NCBI GenBank assembly: GCA_964016885.1
Contig: CAXHJY010000928.1
Location: 310,001-374,000, forward strand
Direction: 5' to 3'
DNA: 64,000 nucleotides
DNA from: Eledone cirrhosa
Taxonomy: Eukaryota
Part shown: piece by piece, positions 14,551-27,960 of the stretch
Position numbering within the stretch: position 1 is the stretch's first letter
Layout of the letters: the number at the start of each line of letters is the position of its first letter
Translations under genes and position numbers: made by a program
Notes under the pieces: generated by a model
The model's database searches: none
What the model saw: only the letters and a program-made list of their open reading frames with translations
What the model was told of the DNA's origin: nothing

Positions 14551-14824
14551 TGATGATACATACACACATGCTGTTATTGCTGTCGCATATATACAAACAC
14601 ATACATACACACACATTCAACACAGACAATGGTGTTGTTGCCGATGTTGTTGTTGGTGTTGTTGCTGTTGTTGTTGTGTTGCTGTTGTTGTTGTCGTAGT
14701 TTTTGCTGTGTTGAAATCTGGTCGCATCCATACATATACACACACATATATATATGTATATACACATACATACATCAAAAGAGTCAGCAGTATGTCAACA
14801 GTAGGTCAGCCACCTTAGATAGAG

Positions 14825-14873
<49 letters not shown>

Positions 14874-14992
14874 AACAAATGTATACACACATACATACGC
14901 ATATATACACACACATACACATACATATACATATATACATACATATACACATACATATACATACATATACATATATATATATATATACATAT

Positions 14993-15036
<44 letters not shown>

Positions 15037-15087
15037 ACATATATACATATACACACATACAGACACATATATATATATATATATATA

Positions 15088-15519
15088 TACGATATTAAAC
15101 AAATGGAAATTACATTTATAAAACCATATTTATTTCATTATATATATTTCAGGGATATCATATTAAAAATATGGTATGCCCTCTTCAGACAAAATACAAT
15201 ATATAAACAGTTTTATAAATAAATTTGACATACCTTAAACTTTACAACTTCCATTTAAAAAGTTGTTTTAAATGGAAGTTGTAAAGTTTAAGGTATGTCA
15301 AATTTATTTATAAAACTGTTTATATATTGTATTTTGTCTGAAGAGGGCATACCATATTTTTAATATGATATCCCTGAAATATATATAATGAAATAAATAT
15401 GGTTTTATAAATGTAATTTCCATTTGTTTAATATCGTAAAATACTCCAAAACTTGTTGAGTGCTTTTATATCAGTTATAAAATATTTACTCGTAACCCAA
15501 CAATTTTAAATAAAACTTT

Positions 15520-15523
<4 letters not shown>
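15088..15523. repeat. Fold-back element: 173-bp inverted arms (15088-15260 / 15266-15438), 5-nt loop, unpaired tail
   Basis: Arms read as exact reverse complements; flanked by (TA)n. Confidence 0.95.
15330..15395 (+). ncRNA. Hammerhead ribozyme motif (mirror copy on minus strand at 15131-15196)
   Basis: UAUUUUGU-CUGAAGA-GGG..CAUAUU/AAUAUG..CCCU-GAAA-UAUAU-AUA-AUGAAAUA. Confidence 0.75.
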
Positions 15524-15570
<47 letters not shown>

Positions 15571-15583
15571 ATGTGTGTATATG

Positions 15584-15635
<52 letters not shown>

Positions 15636-16240
15636 TACACATACACACATACATACATACACATACAAATAAATACTCAATAAATATACGCATATACAGA
15701 GGCACATAAAAACAGCTCTACAGGCAGAAAATGCAGATAGGTAAGAGTTACTCACATAACCATAGTGGCCGTATTTCAGGTTGAGGAGGGGTGGGAGTAG
15801 GGTGGGAAGGAGGTATAGGGGCTAATAGGAGGAGGATGTTACACATATATATATATATATATATGTATATGTATGTGTGTATATGTATGTGTGTGTGTGT
15901 GTGTATGTGCAGATGCATATGCATGTATGTATACACCCATGAATGTATATATGTGTGTGTGTGTATATGTATATACATACACACATGCGTGCACATGCAT
16001 ATATGCACATACACATGTATGTGTATGTGTGTATGTATGTATATATGTATGTATGTGTATATATATATATATATATGTATGTTTATGTGTATATATGTAT
16101 ATGCATGTATGTGTGCGTATATGTGCGTGTACATGTGTACATGTGTGCATGTGCACACATGTACACACAGGTATACACATGTGTATCTGCTGGTGCATAC
16201 ATGTACATACATACACATGCGCATGCACGCGCCTGTGCAC

Positions 16241-16330
<90 letters not shown>

Positions 16331-16375
16331 GTGTTTGTGTGGTTCTCTCTGTGTGTGTATTTATTTATTTATATA

Positions 16376-16410
<35 letters not shown>

Positions 16411-16412
<2 letters not shown>

Positions 16413-16746
16413 CATCATCATTTCATTTTACGTCCACTTTTCCCTGCTTGCAAGGGTGGGACGGGAACTGATACTGGCTTGATTTCTACAGCTGAATGCC
16501 CTTCATAACACCAACCTCATTTACAGTGAGTGCTTTTTGGGGTGCTTTTTTGCCGTGGCACCTCCACGACCACTTTGCAGTGGAATGATATGGACCCCAG
16601 TCCCTATCATCTCATTTCTACAGCTGAGTAAACTGGAGCAATGTGAAATAAAGTGTCTTGCTCAAGGAAACAACACATCACCCGGTCTGAGAATTGAACT
16701 CACAACCTTTCGATTGCAAGGCCAATGCTCTAACCACTAAGCCATG
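16411..16746 (-). mobile_element. tRNA-derived SINE (same family as 14225)
   Basis: Reverse-complement match to 14225-14550. Confidence 0.9.
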
Positions 16747-16783
<37 letters not shown>

Positions 16784-16837
16784 ATATGTATATATATATA
16801 TATGTGTGTGTGTATATATATATATCTATATATATAT

Positions 16838-16897
16838 AAACGTATGTATGTATGTATACGTACATACACATATGTATACAGACGTACAGTAGCACGC

Positions 16898-16935
<38 letters not shown>

Positions 16936-17523
16936 ATACACATATACACATATGCATACAGGTACACATACATATATGCACGCATCAGTTTAGCCGACGT
17001 TTATTATAACGCCGGCCGCTTTGTTCGTTTGTTTGTCAACAAAGCGAACAACCTGAATTTATGCCATACGGTGTTAAGGCAACCACGTCACCTTTTTGTT
17101 CAACACTGACACAGGAACGATGTACTAGTTTCAAGCTTGTTAGCTATCATCAGCACCGTTTACCCATCTGCCAGATAGTTGAACGTTCGAAAGTATATAC
17201 TTTCCTTATGAAAATTAACGGCTGGCATAAATTCAGGCTGTTCGCTTTGTTGACAAACAAACGAACAAAGCGGCCGGCGTTATAATAAACGTCGGCTAAA
17301 CTGATGCGTGCATATATGTATGTGTACCTGTATGCATATGTGTATATGTGTATGTATATATATATATATATGTATATATATATGCGTGCTACTGTACGTC
17401 TGTATACATATGTGTATGTACGTATACATACATACTTACGTTTAAGTAAGTGCCATACTAAGAGTGAGAAATGAAATTTCGTTTTCATTTTTTTCAACTT
17501 ATATATATGTATATGTATATATA

Positions 17524-17558
<35 letters not shown>

Positions 17559-17678
17559 GTATATATGTATGTGTGGGTGTATGTGGGTGCGCGCAAGTGT
17601 GTGAGTGAGTGTGTTTGTGAATGTGTCTGCTGATTTTTGGCACAGAGTTGAATAGTTTAAGAGAAATTTGAAGATAAT
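16838..17678. mobile_element. Non-coding fold-back element, copy 2 (arms ~16838-17066 / ~17223-17443)
   Basis: Near-perfect inverted arms around a ~155-bp spacer homologous to the 7146-7318 spacer. Confidence 0.85.
17116..17160 (-). ncRNA. Minimal hammerhead ribozyme with canonical core
   Basis: AACGGUG-CUGAUGA-UAGCU-AACA-AGCUU-GAAAC-UA-GUA-CAUCGUU; 7-bp stem I, palindromic ACUAGU stem III. Confidence 0.85.
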
Positions 17679-18178
17679 CTTTTGATATGCACTCAATATT
17701 TTGAATCTGTCTACAGGATTCTCTAGGCCTTTGTCACTTAGTAGAACCTTAAAGAATTTAGCTTTTAAAGAATCTCCCTTTCCTTTAAATCCATCAACCA
17801 TGACTGACCCCCACTGATCTTATAGACACCTGTTAGCTTAAGAGAAACTTAAAAATAAGGAGTGGCACCCCATCCTGAACTTGTTTATAGAATTCTTTCT
17901 GCCTTTGTTACTCTAAAAATAAACTATAGTTTTGAAGAATTAGCTTTTAATGAATTCCTTTTTCTATCAACCAATGACCTACACCCATCCCACTCCCTAC
18001 CCTCTCCTACCACTTGAAGAGACCTATAAATACCATACTTAGTTTTTGATACCCAGATTCCTGATGATTTCTAAAGAATGAAACAGTTCTAGTCCTGTAG
18101 AATCTCATCTATATACTCTGCTATGTATTGAATACCTTACTTACTGTGGTTACCTCCGATTCAACCCGGAATAACGTA

Positions 18179-18236
<58 letters not shown>

Positions 18237-18243
18237 ATATATG

Positions 18244-18319
<76 letters not shown>

Positions 18320-18322
<3 letters not shown>

Positions 18323-19079
18323 ATATTTATATCTATACTTATATATGTTTGGTATAACTATAAATATGTAGGGTAGTACCAAGTACTAGCCAGTTACAGG
18401 TATGACAAAAGGCTCAATGCAAATTTTCAAGTGTTTTACAGAGCCGAGATACAAAGTGATAAAATGATCAAATTTTAGTTTAGAACATTTATTAACTGAC
18501 AATTGTTTCTACCAGAGGGCTGTCTGGAATCATTGGAGCATAAGGAATGTCGAAAACGTGTAACTAAAATCCTAGTCATTTAGAACATTTAGGGTACATA
18601 GTTGTTATTAGTGTTAAAGGCATCATGTGGAGAGTCAGGAGTTAAAAATATGTTCCGCTTGAAATAACACAATTACAGGCAGCACTGGTTGGAAGTGTAA
18701 TAGGTATAAGTAAAAGTAAAAAGCACAAGCAAAAAAACACAAGCAAAGAAAAGAAAAAGAACACAAGCAAAAAAAACGCAGGGAAAGAAGTTATAAGCGA
18801 GGAAAAGTGGTGTACAATGCAGGAGTCAATACAGTCAATAATGCATGTATAAGGAAAGAGGTATAATGCAGTTGAAATAAACATATTTTGTGTGGGGTGT
18901 TAAAGCATGTTATATAAAAACTATGTACCCTAAATGTTCTAAATCTAAATGACTAGGATTCTAGTTAGACGTTTTCGACATTCCCTATGCTCCGATGATT
19001 CCAAACTTCCCTCTGGAAGAAACAATTGTCAGCTAATAAATGTTCTAAACTAAAATTTAATCGTTTTAACACTTTGTAT
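18320..19079. mobile_element. Older fold-back element with pLTR-like arms (18449-18601 / 18921-19079), hammerhead motif in both arms
   Basis: Diverged inverted arms; motif related to the one at 402-453. Confidence 0.8.
18989..19033 (+). ncRNA. Hammerhead motif (CCGAUGA variant); degenerate mirror at 18494-18540 on minus
   Basis: GCU-CCGAUGA-UUCCA..UGGAA-GAAAC-AAUU-GUC-AGC then AATAAA. Confidence 0.7.
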
Positions 19080-19080
19080 A

Positions 19081-19892
19081 TCATCATCATCATCATCATC
19101 AGCGTTTAACGTCCGTGTTCCACGCTTGCATGGGTTTGGACGGGGGTAGTCCCACTTGAGGCAAGAGTGATTGTCTTGCTCGCATAGGACTGTCTGGCAG
19201 GTTTTCTACAGTTGGATGCCCTTCCTAACACCAACCACATTTACAGTGTGGGTCTGGGAGGTTTTTACCGTGTTGCCTACACGGCCACATTACAGCGTGG
19301 ACTGTGTGTTTTTTTGTCGTGACACCTACACGATCTCATTTGTTTCGGCCTCGATGGCGCGGCACCAACATAACTTTACATAGAACGGGGTGGTGTGGAT
19401 CGGGTGGGGGTGGTGGGACGGGGTGTATTTGTTAGAGATGCCTACTGGCTGGAGTAGGTTTTACTATATATTTAGGTAAGGCGGGTCTTCTCTGTTACTG
19501 AGTACCGCCAAAGGTCTCGGTCCAGTGACATTGTCTTGGAGAGGTGTAAGTGTGTGATGTCGGAGTTTATCAGCTCGTCCCAGGTTTTTCTAGGTCTGCC
19601 TATTCCGTGACTACCGTCTATCTTTATTGCCCTGCACTTTGTTATACAGCTATCGACTTTCATGCGCATCACGTGTCCATACCAACGTAGCCTTCTCTCG
19701 AGTAAACAACATCTGATCCCTCTTATCTCTAATTTATTCCTTAGTTCGTTTATGCTTTGCCGTTCACGTATATTACTGTTACACATCCAGCGGAGCATGC
19801 AAGCTTCGTTCCTCTCTAGTCTGCGTATATCCTCTGCACACAATGCCCAGGTCTCACTGCCATGCAGCATTGCTGTTTTGCAGCATTGCTGT
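19081..19892 (-). mobile_element. RTE family B 3' fragment
   Basis: ORF 19472-19870 [16 protein letters not shown]; same 3' UTR as 7710 copy. Confidence 0.93.
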
Positions 19893-19934
19893 ATATATAT
19901 ATATATATATATATTAATACATATATAAACAAAA

Positions 19935-20637
19935 TACAGCTTCTGCTACCTAGGTGACCGAATTAGCAGCGGAGGTGGGTAAGAACGGGATTGAAGAAGT
20001 TCAGGGACCTACTGCCACTGCTAGCTGCAAAAGGCTTTTCCCTCAAAATGAAAAGCAGACTGTATGATGAGTGTATACGAACAGCAATGTTACATGGTAG
20101 TGAGACCTGGGCGCTGTCTGTAGAGGACTTGCATAGAAATGAAGCTTGCATGCTCCGATGTGTAATAGTAATATATGTGAACGGCAAAGCATAAACTAAT
20201 TGAGAGCGAGACTGAGCACAAGAGGAATCAAATGCTGTGTGCAGGAGAGGATGTTGCGTTGGTATGGACATGTGATGCATATGAAGGATGACAGCTGCAT
20301 AAAAAGGTGCAGAGCAGTAAAAGTCGATGGAAGCCTTGGAGTGGGGAGACCCAAGAAGACCTGGGATGAGGTGATAAAAGCTGACCTTACCCAACTACAC
20401 CTTTCAAAGGCGATAACACAGGACCATGAGCTCTGGCATCACGCATTAATACAGAAGACTCGACTTCCCATGAGTACAAGCCGAAGCTGAAGCATATAGA
20501 CAATATGCTCCCACTCCCTCCCACTGTAAAGTGGTCATGTAGGTGTGATGACAAAAACCCAGCCCACACTGTAAAGTGGTCATGTAGGTATCATGACAAA
20601 AAGCACCCAGTCCACACTGTAAAGTGGTCATGTAGGT
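19935..20637 (+). mobile_element. RTE family C 3' fragment, decayed
   Basis: [30 protein letters not shown]. Confidence 0.88.
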
Positions 20638-20970
20638 CATCATCATTTCATTTTACGTCCGCTTTTTCCCTGCCTGCAAGGGTGGAATGGGAACTGATTC
20701 TGGCTTGATTTCTACAGCTGGATGCCCTTCCTAACACCAACCTCATTTACAGTGAGTGCTGGGTACTTTTTTGCCATGGCACCTGCACGACCACTTTGCA
20801 GTGGAATGATATGGACCCCAGTCCCTATCATCTAATTTCTACAGCTGAGTAAACTGGAGCAATGTGAAATAAAGTGTCTTGCTCAAGGAAACAACACATC
20901 AGCTGGTCTGAGAATTGAACTCACAACCTTTCGATTGTAAGGCCAATGCTCTAACCACTAAGCCATGTGC
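20638..20970 (-). mobile_element. tRNA-derived SINE nested in the RTE-C 3' UTR (UTR resumes 20971-21330)
   Basis: Match to the 14225 family; UTR repeat units on both sides. Confidence 0.85.
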
Positions 20971-21438
20971 ATGTTGTAGGTGTCACAACAAAAAGTACAG
21001 AGTACACACTGTAAAGTGGTCATGTAGGTGTCATGACAAAAAACACCCAGTCCACACTGTAAAGTGGTCATGTAGGTGTCAAGACAAAATAGCACCTAGT
21101 CCACACTGTAAAGTGGTCGTCAAGACAAAATAGCATCCCCTCCCATTGCAAAGTGACCATGTAGGTGCCATGGCAAAAAAGCACCCAGTACTCACTGTAA
21201 ATGAGGTTGGAAGGGCATTCAGCTGTAGCAATCAAGCCAAAATCACCCGACTTGGCACTGCCCACAACAGGACAACCCATCTAACCCATGCTAGCGTGGA
21301 AGAATGGATGTAAAACAGTGATGATGATGATATATATTTATATATTGTTAATGATGTCACATAACTATGTTTATATCACCTCTCTTTCTCTAATATCTCT
21401 CTCTCATATATATAATCTCTCTCTTTCTCTTTTTCTAG

Positions 21439-21550
21439 TATATAATTGGACTGTTGATGATGTCGTCGATTGGTTAGTTCACCATGTGGGATTACCACAT
21501 TATGTAACTAATTTCCAAACTTACAAAATTGATGGATCGACATTACCAAG
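21439..21550 (+). CDS. STIM1: STIM coding exon, N-terminal half of SAM domain (VYNWTVDDVVDWLVHHVGLPHYVTNFQTYKIDGSTLPR)
   Basis: Polypyrimidine tract + AG at 21437-21438, GTAAGG donor at 21551; peptide resembles vertebrate STIM1 VYNWTVDEVVQWL..VELPQY..F..(G)..PR; ends phase 2. Confidence 0.92.
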
Positions 21551-21609
21551 GTAAGGAAGTTCATTTATTTATTTATTTTCCAATCACCATCTCCAAATTT
21601 TACATTATC

Positions 21610-22130
21610 ATTACTTCTTTGGAAGAATCATGCTGCCAATAAAAATATACTCACTGGTTCAGTTTGACTTCAGTTCATTATTAGTTAGATGACTAATACA
21701 TTCCTTGGTTAGTTTAGTAACCGGTTGGTTATTTAGTTGTGATATTTAATTGTAAAATCTCTTTCGTCACACATTCTGTGACCTTCTCAATGACTCATGT
21801 TCCTGTGTGTCTCCTCTTTGTTCCAGTCTTGTTGTAACTACTCCCTCTTGTCTGAAGTAAATAAAACAAGATCAGAAAAAAAAGGAGAGCAAGAAAGACC
21901 ATTGAGAAGGTCACAGGATGTGTGGCAAAACATCTTTCATAATTTAACAACTACCTGGTTAATAAATTAATTATTGAAGGGATTAGTTACCTAAATAATA
22001 TTAAATTGAAGTGAAAATTCAACTGTGTATGTGTTTTTATTAACAGAATAAGCCTACCAAAGTATAACAATATCTTTTTCAACACACGATTTCACTTCAA
22101 GAAACTTGCAAAACAAATACAAAAGTTATA
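21610..22130. mobile_element. Old diverged fold-back element (family of 44790-45075)
   Basis: cacacattctgtgaccttctcaatg / cattgagaaggtcacaggatgtgtg inverted; right side shares ttaaattgaagtgaaa..ccaaagtataa..ttcaacacacgatttca with 44946-45040. Confidence 0.65.
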
Positions 22131-22404
22131 GAACTATCTAATTTATTCTTTATAGAAAATGTAGGAATCCCAGATATAGGAAAGACAGTAACAGCAGTTG
22201 ATTGCAACAAATAATAACTGAGGAAATCAAATAAAATACCCCTATGAGTGGAAAAAATGGTCAGCAGCCACAATGAAGAATCAAATTATGTATCCCTCGA
22301 ATTTCAGCTAACTATCCTAACAATTAAGCTAAATGGCACCTGACAACACATTCCATCTAAATTATATATAAGGTTTTTACTAATTTATTGTCATAATAAA
22401 TTAT

Positions 22405-22915
22405 TAGGATCTGTGGAGAGAGGAGACTGTGGCTGTATCCGAGTGTAAAAACCTAGCCCAGACTCACTATAAGAGCTGGAGACATGATGTGATGGGCAGG
22501 GTGATCCACTGGCACCTATGCAAAGTAAACAATTTACCACATTCTGAGAGGTGGTATGAACATAAGCCAGAGTCGGTGATAGAAAACGATCAGGTGAAGG
22601 TGCTGTGGGATTTTAGGATACAGACGGACAAGAAACTGGAACACAATAGACCTGACCTGGTGGCTTTGGACAAGGAAAAAAGATCGTGCCTGATTGTGGA
22701 TGTAGCCTGCCCATTCGACACGAGAGTGCAAGAGAAGGAGAGGGAGAAAATTAACCGATACCAGGACTTAAAGTGGGAGGTAAAAAGGATTTGGAACTGC
22801 CATGAAGTCAAAGTGGTCCCGATTGTCATAGGCGCACTAGGTACATAACTTTCCAGTTAAATAACATCAATGATTGAGACTCAAATAATAATAATATTAA
22901 TAATAATAATAATCA
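22405..22915 (+). mobile_element. Fragment of an RLE-type non-LTR retrotransposon (R4/Dong/Rex6-like)
   Basis: RHD..IHW.LC, LWDFRIQTD, NRPDL, IVDVACPFD, EK..RYQDL, VPIVIGALG; (AAT)n tail. Confidence 0.85.
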
Positions 22916-23019
22916 TTTTACATCCCCTTTCTATGTTGGCATGAGTTGGACAGGTTGTCGTGGTCCATATCTTGCTTGAACATTCTGTTATAGTGTGGTT
23001 TTTATTGCCATTATGCCAA

Positions 23020-23999
23020 CCCTATACAGAGTGTACTGGGTGCATTTTATTGTGGCACCAACACTACCACTTTACAGAGTGTACAAGGTGCATTTTTGAC
23101 ACAATCCCTACTACTTTACAGAGTGTACTGGGTATATTATATCATGACACCAACACTACCACTTTACAGAGTGTACTGGGTATATTATATCATGACACCA
23201 ACACTACCACTTTACAGAGTGTACTGGGTGTATTATATCATGTCACCAACACTACCACTTTACAGAGTGTACTGGGTATATTTTATCATGGCACCACCCT
23301 ACCAATTTACAGAGTGTACTGGGTGTATTTTATCATGGCACCAACACTACCACTTTACAGAGTGTACTGGGTGTATTTTATCATGACACCAACACTACCA
23401 CTTTACAGAGTGTACTGGGTGTATTATATCATGACACCAACACTACCACTTTACAGAGTGTACTGGGTGTATTATATCATGACACCAACACTACCACTTT
23501 ACAGAGAATGTACTGGGTGTATTATATCATGACACCAACACTGCCACTTTACAGAGTGTACTGGGTGTATTTTATCATGACACCAACACTACCACTTTAC
23601 AGAGTGTACTGGGTGTATTATATCATGACACCAACACTGCCACTTTACAGAGTGTACTGGGTGTATTTTATCATGACACCAACACTACCACTTTACAGAG
23701 TGTACTGGGTGTATTATATCATGACACCAACACTGCCACTTTACAGAGTGTACTGGGTATATTTTATCATGACACCAACACTACCACTTTACAGAGTGTA
23801 CTGGGTGTATTTTATTGTGACACCAACAGTGCCACTTTACAGAGTGTACTGGGTGTATTATATCATGACACCAACACTACCACTTTACAGAGTGTACTGG
23901 GTGTAGTCTATCATGACACCAACACTACCACTTTACAGAGTGTACTGGGTGTAGTCTATCATGATACCAACACTACCACTTTACAGAGTGTACAGGGTG
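23020..23999 (+). repeat. 48-bp minisatellite, about 20 copies
   Basis: Unit gacaccaacactaccactttacagagtgtactgggtgtattatatcat. Confidence 0.95.
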
Positions 24000-24331
24000 T
24001 TGTGTTAAAAACAAACAAGCAAACAATCTTCTATGTTGATTTGATGTTAAAACTGTGACATTTTATTATGAAAAGCTATGAAGAGATATCTACAGATGTT
24101 ACGAGCAGAAGCAACATTGCTTCAGGTTTTCACCAACTTGTCTCCTCATAAATCTATGTGCCGTAATGTGCCACATGCAATATGTCGCACTACTACAGTT
24201 AAGTGAGTCTTACTATTAAACATGAAGAATGCTTATGGTTCTTTCTCTTCTTTTTTTTTGCATCTTCCATCCATATATATATATATATATATGAGGGTAT
24301 ATATGTGTATATATATATACATATATATACC

Positions 24332-24367
<36 letters not shown>

Positions 24368-25132
24368 GGTATATATGTGTATGTGTGTATGTATCATTAG
24401 AAAGTATGGTGCTATGTCATATTGCTGTAGAATTATATTTTTAACAGTGGCTTTTATACCTTCCTCCTCTTCCACATTCCTTACTTTACCTTTTAGAAAT
24501 TTATCTCTAAATCTAAAACTAAAAAAAAAACAACGACGTTCCCTCTATAAGTCAAGTATCATGCTCAAATTATCTCCCTTCTGAATGTAGTATGTTTTAA
24601 TATTTGTTTTTATTATATAATAATTAGCTTACACAATCTACATAGCATGAGTAATCTGGAAAGTTCATTTCAAACATTTCTTTTTTTTTTTGTGATAATG
24701 CTAATTTCAGCTTTTGGAATATTTGAATTATATTTTCTTAATAAATAATAGAGTGTTGGGAAAGCTGATTCAATGTAGATAGAAATATAAAGATAGAACT
24801 AAAGTAAAAAGGATGACAAAACAAAATATATTACTATAAACATTTGAATTAACAAACCATATGAAACTACATTAGCAAGACAGCACCCAAACCGATTCAT
24901 GTAAAATATGAAAGTCTTTACACTAATACTGCTTGAAACCACATTAACAAGTCATTCTTAATTCTTTAATTTGTATGAAACATCACTATAACTGCTCTAT
25001 ATAACTTTCATCTATTCTTAATGTTTCGCTTATGTCTATTTATAAAGAGAGTTTCTCGTGTTTTTCTCTATTCATAATTTCAAAAAGTCTTTACCATGAA
25101 ATATCATGAAATATATAATGTAAAAACATAAA

Positions 25133-25248
25133 GTTCAAATCCTACTGAGGTTAACTTTGCCTTTCATCCTTACGGGGATTGATAAAATAAAGTACCAGTA
25201 ATACACTGGGATAATTGCTGGCCTTGTGCCAAAAGTAGAAACAATTAT
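25133..25248 (+). mobile_element. Second SINE family, 5'-truncated
   Basis: gttcaaatcc..gaggttaactttgcctttcatccttacgggg..gataaaataaagtaccag; matches 32445-32638 and 33268-33400. Confidence 0.8.
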
Positions 25249-25653
25249 TTTGTATTATTTTGTGATCCTTTTTACCCAAGTTCTAGCTTTATATTTCTAT
25301 CTACATTATTCCAGCTTTCCCAACACTCTCTTCTTTCGTATCTCACGCTTCATATAAACTATATTTCCTTAGATTTAGTAAACCCAATTTGAAATGCCTT
25401 ATTTAATCTAATTTTTCTGGTTATCATTGTCTGTTTTTACTACCCTTAGGATGTGTCTAATTTACACGTCAGCCTTTTTGTAATTCCCTTTCAAGACCCT
25501 GTAATGTTTGTAGCCCAACCTTCCCTCACACACCAACCTGAAATTTAGTATTGTTTGTACATGTTACTGGTTCACTGTTTTTTTGTTTTAATGAAACCTA
25601 ACACTATCTATTTATTATAATTGTAATAAAATAATTTTAGGATGCATGTAGAT

Positions 25654-25790
<137 letters not shown>

Positions 25791-26042
25791 AGTAAATATA
25801 CATATGTGTGAAAAAGGACCAAAGAAAACCAGTGCTGAACCAGGTATGAGAGCCGATATATTATTTAGTGATAAATAAATCCTGATGTCCAGGGAGAGCT
25901 CAATAAAATGACAGAATAGTGCAGGTTAGTGAAAATAATTTTCAAAACGTTTGTGCGAAAAATTTCGCATAGAAACAATATGTGTACGTAATAAATATCC
26001 AGAGTTGTACACAAATTTGAACACTCTTATGATCTGTAGAAC

Positions 26043-26195
26043 TGGTCAATATTAGGCCTTAAAACCTTAGGAAATATGGTCAATATTGGGCCTTAAAACC
26101 TTAGGAAATATGGTCAATATTGGGCCTTAAAACCTTAGGAAATATGGTCAATATTGGGCCTTAAAACCTTAGGAAATATGGTCAATATTGGGCTT
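26043..26195 (+). repeat. 34-bp tandem repeat, about 4.5 copies
   Basis: Unit tggtcaatattgggccttaaaaccttaggaaata. Confidence 0.95.
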
Positions 26196-26528
26196 ATGAA
26201 TGAACATAACTAAATTATAGAAATATATTTATTTGATTAAAATAACAGGAGACTGGACTGGTGACATTTCTTTCAAGTTTTATTGTTGTAAAAACACTAT
26301 ATTTCAATGGCCTTGTTACATAAGATCCAGATGACACTATCAGGTGTGGATTGCATAATTAGTTAATCAATAAAGGAATTACGGCATGCACAAACAGAAA
26401 AAAATATTTGATTCAGGGACAGAATGCGATCTACGTGTTATCGTTTTCATTGTGTTGCGTAAAGTGCTTTTCCTACAATTACATCATGGTTAACAAAACG
26501 GAATGATTAGTTCTATCTAGTGGTGAAC

Positions 26529-26576
<48 letters not shown>

Positions 26577-26738
26577 GACTTCTGCAGGACTAAAACAATT
26601 TCATTCATATGAAATCATTTGGAAGATTTCATAGGAATGAAACAATAAAGATATCTATATACTACCATTGTATTGAGTACCTTTCTTAACACTGGTTACC
26701 CTCCTCCACACCTCATGAACCTACATATTATATATATA

Positions 26739-27604
26739 CTAGCAGTGGTACCCGGCGTTGCACAGGATAAGGTATTTTGGAATGTGGGCCGCCAATAGAC
26801 CTAATCGTGGATAAACTGCATGCCTGGACAATATGTAAAGAAAATAAATCGAAAACTCTGATGGCTGGATAATCTTTAAGATTTTCCTCGATAAAGCAGG
26901 AAAAATGCAGGTTTTCACCTAATGCGGGCCCTAGGGGATCAAGAAAATGAATTTTTTTTATGTGCATAATATGCTTTGAAATTTCGGGAAAATCGGCTAG
27001 ACGTAACGCCTCAAAAAAGCCCTAAAAAGCTGAAAAAATGAAATTGTTCACCTAATGCAGGCCCAAGGCCATAAACAAGTTGGATTATCTTTGCTCACGG
27101 TATGAAGAAGAGACTGACTAATACATAGTTACAATTTCAAGGAAATCAGTCTGATGTAACGCCTCAAAAATCCCTAAAAACTTGAAAAAACGCAGTTTTT
27201 CAACTAATGCGGGCCCTAGGGGATCAAAAGTTTGAAAAAAGTCGGTTGGGTACTTTTCGAGTTTTAGGGATTTAAACTCACAGACACACACACATACACA
27301 GACATCTTCAGGGAAGTGACGTAATGCAAACAGGCAGACATACAGACAGATATTATAAGGGCGCGATGTTATATGTATGTATCTATCTAAAAAGAGAAAG
27401 ACTAAGAATTGTAGTGAGAGGTCGCTAAATCGCCTAATGTGGTCCCTAGGGCATTGAAAATTTGAAATTTATTTTGCTCAGAACACTCCCTGAAACATAA
27501 GTATTACATGTGTAAAGTTTGAAAACAGTCGGTTGGGTGCTTCTCGAGTTTTAGGGATTCAAACTCAGACAGACACAGACAGACATCCTCAGTTTTATGT
27601 ATAT
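26739..27604 (-). mobile_element. Non-autonomous Helitron-like element
   Basis: Minus-strand 3' end CTAG followed by T, subterminal GC hairpin (cccggcgttgcacagg), (CAGA)n and ATAAAA near the 5' end, internal subrepeats. Confidence 0.65.
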
Positions 27605-27919
27605 CATCATCATCATCATCATCATTTTATGTCTGCTTTTCCCTGCTTGCAAGGGTGGGACAGGAACTGATTCTGGCTTGATTTCTACAGCTGGATACCC
27701 TTCCTAGCCAACCTCATTTACAGTGAGTGCTGGGTGCTTTTTTGCCGTGGCCCCTCCACGACCACTTTATAGTGGAATGATAGGGACCCCAGTCCCTATC
27801 ATCTCATTTCTACAGCTGAGTAAACTGGAGCAATGTGAAATACAGTGTCTTGCTCAAGGAAACAACACATTACCCGGTCTGAGAATTGAACTCACAACCT
27901 CTAACCACTAAGCCATGCG

Positions 27920-27921
<2 letters not shown>
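27605..27921 (-). mobile_element. tRNA-derived SINE (14225 family)
   Basis: Sequence match, small deletion in the head. Confidence 0.88.

Positions 27922-27957
<36 letters not shown>

Positions 27958-27960
<3 letters not shown>

Noticed and set aside
21755-21800. Hammerhead-like GUCAC/GUGAC-GAAA on minus
   Set aside because: The upstream core reads UUGAGAAG and stems I/III are unconvincing; at best a dead relic.
23020-23999. Possible CRISPR array or repeat protein
   Set aside because: Head-to-tail units with no unique spacers, eukaryotic context, no cas genes.
24750-25330. About 50-bp inverted repeat pair (24750-24800 / 25279-25330)
   Set aside because: Real but short and diverged, with a SINE inside; too little evidence to classify it.
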